NCBI GenBank assembly: GCA_036556625.1
Contig: DATBJC010000006.1
Coordinates: 7,653-71,652 of the forward strand
Source: Gemmatimonadales bacterium
Lineage (GTDB): Bacteria; Gemmatimonadota; Gemmatimonadetes; Gemmatimonadales; GWC2-71-9
Length of the DNA: 64,000 bases
Direction of reading: 5' to 3'
Notes under the pieces: generated by a model
What the model was told of the DNA's origin: nothing
The model's input: only the letters and a program-made list of their open reading frames with translations
Database searches by the model: none
In this document: positions 56,206 to 64,000 of the stretch, in pieces
How positions within the stretch are numbered: position 1 is the stretch's first letter
Layout: each line of letters opens with the position of its first letter
Made by a program: the position numbers and the translations under genes

Positions 56206-56292
56206 CGGACAGGGTGGGATTCGAACCCACGATACCGTTGCCGGTATACCGGTTTTCGAGACCGGCTCCTTCAGCCACTCGGACACCTGTCC
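56206..56292 (-). tRNA. tRNA-Ser (anticodon CGA), class II
   Basis: GGACAGGTGTCCGAGTGGCTGAAGGAGCCGGTCTCGAAAACCGGTATACCGGCAACGGTATCGTGGGTTCGAATCCCACCCTGTCCG. Folded by hand: anticodon loop CTCGAAA, T-arm GTGGG-TTCGAAT-CCCAC. The acceptor stem matches tRNA-Ser(GGA). Confidence 0.93.
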
Positions 56293-56329
56293 TGGCGATC
56301 CAACTACATTCGGGCGCGAAGTTTACATC

Positions 56330-56467
56330 GGGGCGTCGAGCTTTTCCAGCGCCGCCGCACTGCTCCGGAGAGCGCCTCGACCCCGGCGGCAGCGCGGAGC
56401 CGCGGGCGAGAGATTCCATGTTCGCGCTGCCGACCACCACGACGTCCCACTCGGCGCTGTGGGGCAC
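56330..56467 (-). pseudogene. Decayed N-terminal remnant of a PfkB/ribokinase gene
   Basis: The GTG at 56467 overlaps the DUF6496 stop. VPHSAEWDVVVVGSANMESLARGSALPPGS resembles the ribokinase N-terminus (VVVGSxNxDL...LPxPGET). GGAGKAR resembles the GGKGANQ motif. A frameshift is needed (VEALSGAV appears in another frame), and the reading frame then runs into the tRNA. Confidence 0.4.
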
Positions 56468-56961
56468 TAGGTACGAGTCCGGCGAGTCCTCGCGGCCTTC
56501 TTCGCCGCAGCCGAGCGTTTGGCGGGACCCTTGGTTCGGGCCGCCTTGCGGGCGGCCACCGAGCGCTGGCGGGCACTCCTCCTCCGCGCGCTGGTCCGGG
56601 CATGCCGTGAGAGCGCTCGCCGGGATGCCGCCGACTTGCCTTCTCGCTTGAGCGCCCGGCTGACAGCCCGGGCGCGCCTGGCGGAGGGCCGCTTGCGCCG
56701 GATGGTTTTCCTCGTCGCGTTGCGGCTGGCCGCGCTGCGGCTCCGCCTGCCGCTCTTGGTCCGCTTCGGGGGCAGCTTCACCCCCGCGCGCCGGGCCTTG
56801 GACAGACCGATCGCGATGGCCTGCTCGGGCGATCGGGCGCCGTGCTTCCCCTCCCGGACGTGGTGAATCTCCTCTCGTACGAACTCGCCCGCCTGGGTCG
56901 ACGGGGACTTCCCCTCACGCGCATCCTGGCGCGCACGCTTGATCGTCCTGCGCTCCGGCAT
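56467..56961 (-). CDS. DUF6496-like small protein with long Arg/Lys/Ala-rich (histone H1-like) tail
   Basis: ATG at 56961 with a GGAGG 4 nt upstream. MPERRTIKRARQDAREGKSPSTQAGEFVREEIHHVREGKHGARSPEQAIAIGLSKARRAGVKLPP, followed by ~100 aa of an R/K/A/S-rich tail. Confidence 0.6.
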   Translation of the reverse strand: MPERRTIKRARQDAREGKSPSTQAGEFVREEIHHVREGKHGARSPEQAIAIGLSKARRAGVKLPPKRTKSGRRSRSAASRNATRKTIRRKRPSARRARAVSRALKREGKSAASRRALSRHARTSARRRSARQRSVAARKAARTKGPAKRSAAAKKAARTRRTRT

Positions 56962-57109
56962 GTCGCCTCCTAGAAGTCGGCACTCGGTGCGCACGCTAAG
57001 ACATCGGCCGGTGGCCTGACGTGGCCCGGATCACGTTCGCGCGGAGGAGGAAAAAGATTGCTAGCTTCTGGGAGCGCGTCTCGGCTCACCTCACGACAGG
57101 AGTCCGCAC

Positions 57110-58033
57110 ATGGCTACCACGGACACGAGTCCCGGCGACACGGCCGCAGCCGGCGCGGCTCCATATGCGGTCGCACCCGATGGGTATCGCCTTCCCGCCG
57201 AGCTCCGGTTGGGGCCGGTACGGCTCCAGATCGGCGATCTGGGCCGCTCGCTGGACTACTACGAGCGGGTGCTTGGCTTACGGGCCATCCAGCGCAGCGG
57301 GGCCGGAGCCACGCTGGGGGCCCAAAGCGATGAGACATCCCTCATCGAGCTGCGCCTGCGGAAGGGAGCGGTGCCGGTACCGCGCCGGGGTCGTCTAGGC
57401 CTCTATCACTTCGCCCTGCTCTTGCCGGATCGAGCCGCATTGGGGCGCCTCGTCGCTCAACTCGAGGCGCTTGGCGTCCGCATCGGTGCGTCCGACCACC
57501 TGGTGAGCGAGGCGCTCTATCTCAACGACCCGGACGGACTGGGTATCGAGGTGTATGCCGATCGGCCGCGGCACACCTGGCGGATGAATGGACCCACGCT
57601 GGCCATGGCCACCGACCCTCTGGATCTCGAGGACCTGGTCCGAGCGAGTGCCGGCAAGGCCTGGACCGGCGCGCCCGCGGGAACTCGAATCGGTCACGTC
57701 CATCTCCATGTCGGCGGCCTGGAGCGCGCCGCCGCGTTTTATCACACCGGACTGGGACTCGACCGCATCATGCTCGACCTTCCGGGGGCCCTATTCCTGT
57801 CGGCTGGGGGATATCACCATCATCTCGGCACCAATACCTGGGCCTCGGGCGCGTCGCCCGCCGCTCCCGGGGATGCGCGGCTCCTCGAGTGGACCATCCA
57901 GCTGCCCCGCCAGTCCGATATCGGCGACGCGGCTCGTTCGCTCGCCGACTCCGGCTACCAGGTGGAGCGCGAGGAGGGTGACGCGGTCGTGGACGATCCC
58001 TGGGGCACAACGCTGAGGCTCACCCGGCAGTAG
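57110..58033 (+). CDS. VOC-family (glyoxalase/extradiol dioxygenase fold) two-domain protein
   Basis: AGGAG RBS. GPVRLQIGDLGRSLDYYERVLGL...YHFALLLP...SEALYLNDPDGLGIEVY...IGHVHLHVGGLERAAAFYHTGLGL...GGYHHHLGTNTW is a CatE/COG2514-like pattern. Confidence 0.75.
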   Translation: MATTDTSPGDTAAAGAAPYAVAPDGYRLPAELRLGPVRLQIGDLGRSLDYYERVLGLRAIQRSGAGATLGAQSDETSLIELRLRKGAVPVPRRGRLGLYHFALLLPDRAALGRLVAQLEALGVRIGASDHLVSEALYLNDPDGLGIEVYADRPRHTWRMNGPTLAMATDPLDLEDLVRASAGKAWTGAPAGTRIGHVHLHVGGLERAAAFYHTGLGLDRIMLDLPGALFLSAGGYHHHLGTNTWASGASPAAPGDARLLEWTIQLPRQSDIGDAARSLADSGYQVEREEGDAVVDDPWGTTLRLTRQ

Positions 58034-58104
58034 CCCGGGGCCCCGCCCCGGGTGACAGCCACCCGCCCTGCCCCTACCTTTCGGCACCTTCCCCAGGAGC
58101 AGAC

Positions 58105-59025
58105 ATGGGTTCCCTCATGCTCGGCGGCGCGATTCTCGTCGCCGCGTTTCTGTTGTTTACCGCGGCCGCGGGCCGTCGGGCCGCCTCCTCCACGGCCAGC
58201 GGCACATTGCTTCGCACCGGCGGGTGGCTGCTGGCCATCGTAGGGACGCTGATCGTCCTCACATCCAGCGTCGTGGTGATCGACGCCGGACAGGTCGGAG
58301 TCCGGCATGCGTTCGGGGAAGTGGATCCGCAGCCGCTCCTGCCGGGAGTGCGGTTCGTCACCCCGTGGTCCAGCGTGGAGCGCTTCTCCACCCGGGAGGA
58401 ACAGTTCCCCCGGAGCAGCAGCGACGCGGAGCAGATCAGCGCGCTGTCCAGCGAGCAGATGGGCATGCAGGTGGACGTGGCGGTGCGCTGGCAGATCGAT
58501 CCGATGCAGGCGCCTCACATCTTCCGGGAGCTGGGGTCGCAGGAGCAGATCCAGAACGTGGTGCTCAACGCCATTCGGAACGGCGTACGCGACGGGATGG
58601 TGCAGTATTCCATCAATGACATCGCCCAGCGCAATCGGATCGCCGGCACCATGTCTGGGGAGGTCGACTCAGCCCTGGTCACGACACCCCGAGCCGGCGG
58701 CGAGCGATTCCGGATCGCGACCGTCACGGCCTTCTTCCTCCGAGACCTTCAGCCGCCGCCGCAGGTGGTTCAGGCGATCAACAACAAGATTGCCCAGGAG
58801 CAGCAGATCGCGACCGAGCGCCACCGGGTGGAGGTCGCCCGGCTCCAAGCGGAGCAACAGCGCCTGCTCAACCAGACGCTCACCGCGGAGGCGCTGACCA
58901 AGCAGTATCTGGAGGTCCTGCACGATCTGCGGACCTCGAATAACGTGGTGATGATCGTACCGACGGAAGGTGGGATGCCGGTGCTGGATATCGGGGCGCT
59001 GCGGAAGAACCTGACGGCCAAGTAG
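58105..59025 (+). CDS. SPFH/Band-7 (prohibitin-like) membrane protein
   Basis: Two N-terminal TM helices, then VVVIDAGQVGVRHAFGEVDPQPLLPGVRFVTPW...VDVAVRWQIDP...QEQQIATERHRVEVARLQAEQQ. Confidence 0.8.
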   Translation: MGSLMLGGAILVAAFLLFTAAAGRRAASSTASGTLLRTGGWLLAIVGTLIVLTSSVVVIDAGQVGVRHAFGEVDPQPLLPGVRFVTPWSSVERFSTREEQFPRSSSDAEQISALSSEQMGMQVDVAVRWQIDPMQAPHIFRELGSQEQIQNVVLNAIRNGVRDGMVQYSINDIAQRNRIAGTMSGEVDSALVTTPRAGGERFRIATVTAFFLRDLQPPPQVVQAINNKIAQEQQIATERHRVEVARLQAEQQRLLNQTLTAEALTKQYLEVLHDLRTSNNVVMIVPTEGGMPVLDIGALRKNLTAK

Positions 59026-59043
59026 CGCCAGCCGAACTTCGAT

Positions 59044-59128
59044 ACCTCATCCCGAGCGCCGCGAGGGACCTACTCGGCCGATGTTCGATGGCTGCGGAGT
59101 AGGTCCCTCGCTGCGCTCGGGATGAGGT
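59044..59128. repeat. REP-like palindromic element, 32-bp arms with 1 mismatch (ACCTCATCCCGAGCGCCGCGAGGGACCTACTC)
   Basis: Left arm 59044-59075, right arm 59097-59128. It shares the core CATCCCGAGCG-N-GCGAGGGACCT-N-CTCGGCC with the element at 45482..45566. It lies between the convergent SPFH and tadA genes. Confidence 0.85.
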
Positions 59129-59157
59129 CTTACCTTCGGTCCGCCTGACCGCCTGCC

Positions 59158-62242
<3,085 letters not shown>

Positions 62243-62342
62243 CACGGCCCCTTATCACGGTATCGGTAGCTGACAGCGTCCTCGGCAAGCCCCATTCCCT
62301 AAATGTCTGCCGAAATGACAGCGGGCACCCGGCAAACACATA

Positions 62343-62362
62343 GGGCGACGTTTCCGTCGCCC
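62343..62362 (-). terminator. Hairpin terminator downstream of the FlgD-Ig gene
   Basis: gggcgacg tttc cgtcgccc, an 8-bp perfect stem. On the minus strand it is followed by tatgtgtttgcc. It overlaps the TAG stop by 1 nt. Confidence 0.6.
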
Positions 62363-62799
62363 TATGGCTGGTTCGTCACCCTGCTCTGCGCGATCATCTT
62401 CCGGGTATACCGCTCACCGTCAACCGAGAGCTGGTAGTAATAGATGCCCGGTGTGGCCTCCCGCTTGCCATCCTGGTACTTCCCATCCCAGTACGCCTGG
62501 TAATCGCCGCACCGCAGGCGCAGGCTGTCCAGTCGCTCAGCCGAACCGTCGGCCAATACCGGGATGGCGACCATCTGCACCAGCACGTTGTAGATCTTCA
62601 GACTGACCACCGGCTGATGTCCCCTGCTGCAGACCTCCTGGGAGATCGAAAAGGGAATCGTCGTCGCCGGAAAAAAAGGATTGGGGTAGTTCTCCTTCAA
62701 CTCGATTCGTGGCGGGGGCAGGTTCGCCTGTGCCGCAGCCGGAGAGCCGACCCCCACCAGAAGCCCGAGCCACCACCCCGGCCACGCAACGCGGACCAT
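62362..62799 (-). CDS. Small secreted protein consisting of a FlgD-Ig / T9SS-sorting-like beta-sandwich domain
   Basis: ATG at 62799 with a GAGGAG RBS and the signal MVRVAWPGWWLGLLVGVGSPAAAQA. LKENYPNPFFPATTIPFSI is the NYPNPF motif. C-terminal GIYYYQLSVDGERYTRKM. Confidence 0.65.
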   Translation of the reverse strand: MVRVAWPGWWLGLLVGVGSPAAAQANLPPPRIELKENYPNPFFPATTIPFSISQEVCSRGHQPVVSLKIYNVLVQMVAIPVLADGSAERLDSLRLRCGDYQAYWDGKYQDGKREATPGIYYYQLSVDGERYTRKMIAQSRVTNQP

Positions 62800-62907
62800 G
62801 GGCGCTCCTCTATCTTCATACGGGATGTGGAACGGTGGGCACCTCCAAGATGGGTGTACGCAAAACGATACAGGTATTGGCAAGATGGCAAAGCGCCGCT
62901 TTGAGTG

Positions 62908-64000
62908 TCAAGCGGGCGGTGCCACCCGCACTCTCCGTACCCCTCCTTGCCATAAGGTAACTCCTTTCAAGTCAGCCCATTCGAGAAGCGGAATCAAGTA
63001 CTTTCTCGTGATCCCCAGGCGCTCCCGGAGGTGGGAAGGCACCACTTCCTTTTCGCCTCCGATCTCCCGGAGCGCCTGCACAAACCGATCCAGCGCCGGC
63101 CGGGCGTAATAACGGTCCCGCTCGACCGCCTCCACCCTCCCGTCAGCCGCAGCCAACCGCAGCACTGCGCCCGCGTCGCGGCGGCCGGTGAGGCGCTCCA
63201 ACTCTGGAACGCTTGGGGGCGTGAGTCCTGCCTCCTCCAGGACCCGCACCAGCTGGTCCACGGCAACGTCTCCCCCCGCTACCCGAGGAACGAAGCCCGC
63301 CAGGGCTACCACGCCGTCCCGCCTGCGGATGCGACCGACGCGCTCCAAATCCGCCAGCACCGCCTCAGCTGCAGGCGCCGGCCCCCGCAGCGATCTCCGG
63401 AGCGTCTCCAGCTGCATGCCCCGCTCCAGCGGCTGCTCGCGATGGAAGCGCCCGAGCAGCTCGAGGTATCGGGTACTCTGTTGTTCCAGCGATTCCGTTG
63501 TCACCCAGAGATCCCCCACCAGACGCAGTCCGCTCGCAGCCTCCGCAACCGAGCGAGCGGGGCCGGCCGGGATGCCCAGTAAAATGGGGAGCTTGGCCGT
63601 GGACACCCCGCCCGGTCTGCGTTCCACCAGGGCCCTCAGCCGGAGGGGCGGCTCCCCGGAGCCCAGGCCGGCCGGCCACCGGGTGCGTCGTGACGGCGGC
63701 AGCGGGTCGACCACGACCCCGCCACCGATGGTGTTGACCGGACTGAAGCTTCGAATCACGAACCGATCTTCGCCCCGGGCGACGACCAGGGCCTCCAGTG
63801 CCAGGCGAGCCAGGCCCTGCCCTCCGGGCTCGATCGTCGAGCGGGGAAACACTCGACCGATGGTCTCAGCGGTGCCGAGGTGCACTCGGATTCGGGTGCG
63901 GTGCGTCAGCGGGCGCGGCGCGGTGCTCTCCAGCGAGAGCTGCACGTCCAGCGCAGCGGAAGGCTCCCACGCACTTCCGGCGGCGACCAGGACCGAGCCC
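62908..64000 (-). CDS. selB: Selenocysteine-specific elongation factor SelB, C-terminal part (5' end beyond window)
   Basis: The frame is open to position 64000. Domain IV winged helices end in LRERLGITRKYLIPLLEWADLKGVTLWQGGVRRV. Upstream: RIRVHLGTAETIGRV...RFVIRSFSPVNTIGGGVVVDP. Confidence 0.8.
   Translation of the reverse strand, partial: GSVLVAAGSAWEPSAALDVQLSLESTAPRPLTHRTRIRVHLGTAETIGRVFPRSTIEPGGQGLARLALEALVVARGEDRFVIRSFSPVNTIGGGVVVDPLPPSRRTRWPAGLGSGEPPLRLRALVERRPGGVSTAKLPILLGIPAGPARSVAEAASGLRLVGDLWVTTESLEQQSTRYLELLGRFHREQPLERGMQLETLRRSLRGPAPAAEAVLADLERVGRIRRRDGVVALAGFVPRVAGGDVAVDQLVRVLEEAGLTPPSVPELERLTGRRDAGAVLRLAAADGRVEAVERDRYYARPALDRFVQALREIGGEKEVVPSHLRERLGITRKYLIPLLEWADLKGVTLWQGGVRRVRVAPPA

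Noticed and set aside
54872-56300. Genomic island integrated at tRNA-Ser(CGA)
   Set aside because: There is no integrase, recombinase or mobility gene, and no direct repeat of the tRNA 3' end that I could find. Hand-checked codon usage of the methyltransferase is not clearly different from, for example, the thiolase gene. It is kept only as a possible rearrangement scar.
62246-62342. RpoH-type heat-shock promoter upstream of clpB (CTTGCC-17-CCGATAC)
   Set aside because: Only a partial match to CTTGAA-N13-15-CCCCAT, and the spacer is too long. It could not be distinguished from chance.

Overview
High-GC bacterial chromosomal segment (GC not computed; by eye mostly 65-73%). It holds about 60 protein genes, roughly 90% on the minus strand. 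Packing is very tight: more than 20 gene junctions have stop/start overlaps of the ATGA/GTGA/TTGA type, many using GTG or TTG starts.

Gene content, left to right:
- NfeD-like protease (partial), then an ECF sigma / ZAS anti-sigma / LTXXQ periplasmic protein module, and a GDPD phosphodiesterase.
- rplU-rpmA, a DUF1207 protein, and a secreted protein with a PHM-like copper-site signature.
- An envelope block: NlpC/P60 with a beta-barrel-like N-domain, a lipoprotein, two membrane proteins and a UbiA-family prenyltransferase.
- coaX-birA-uppP-bshA-miaA-mutL.
- A compacted MoxR/Bat operon: moxR, DUF58, batA, a batB/C-like fusion and a batD/E-like fusion.
- rluB-scpB-scpA and an M50 protease, rpsT, and pyrR-pyrB-pyrC.
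- A TPR Ser/Thr kinase directly behind tRNA-Ser(GGA), and a thiolase.
- A ~14-kb, eleven-gene minus-strand run: two class-III aminotransferases, a P5C-type aldehyde dehydrogenase, CoA-transferase A/B, two APC permeases flanking a PD40-propeller/PHP-hydrolase protein, and a sugar-type ABC importer.
- Type III glutamine synthetase, cysK, an ADP-ribosylglycohydrolase and a third APC permease.
- A junction of methyltransferase, tRNA-Ser(CGA) and a ribokinase remnant.
- DUF6496, VOC, SPFH, tadA, clpB, a small FlgD-Ig secreted protein, and selB (partial).

I saw no rRNA, CRISPR/cas, transposase, integrase, phage gene or recognisable defence gene, and I cannot point to a convincing brand-new system.

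Best candidates for novelty:
1. The PD40/PHP hydrolase embedded between APC permeases in the amino-compound catabolic run.
2. The PHM-like copper-ligand pattern in a secreted protein.
3. The beta-barrel-like::NlpC/P60 fusion and its coupled envelope genes.
4. Two families of intergenic structured repeats: palindromes built from tandem heptamers, and REP-like 25-32-bp-arm hairpins.
5. An orphan gene with a sigma54-like promoter.
6. An AT-rich convergent spacer with an orphan promoter-like motif.

The repertoire (Bat operon, BshA, GS III, PD40 proteins, NYPNPF motif) is reminiscent of Gemmatimonadota or FCB-type soil bacteria, but this is unverified. All product calls come from motif recognition by eye on the supplied translations and my own translations. 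No similarity search, folding or statistics could be run.
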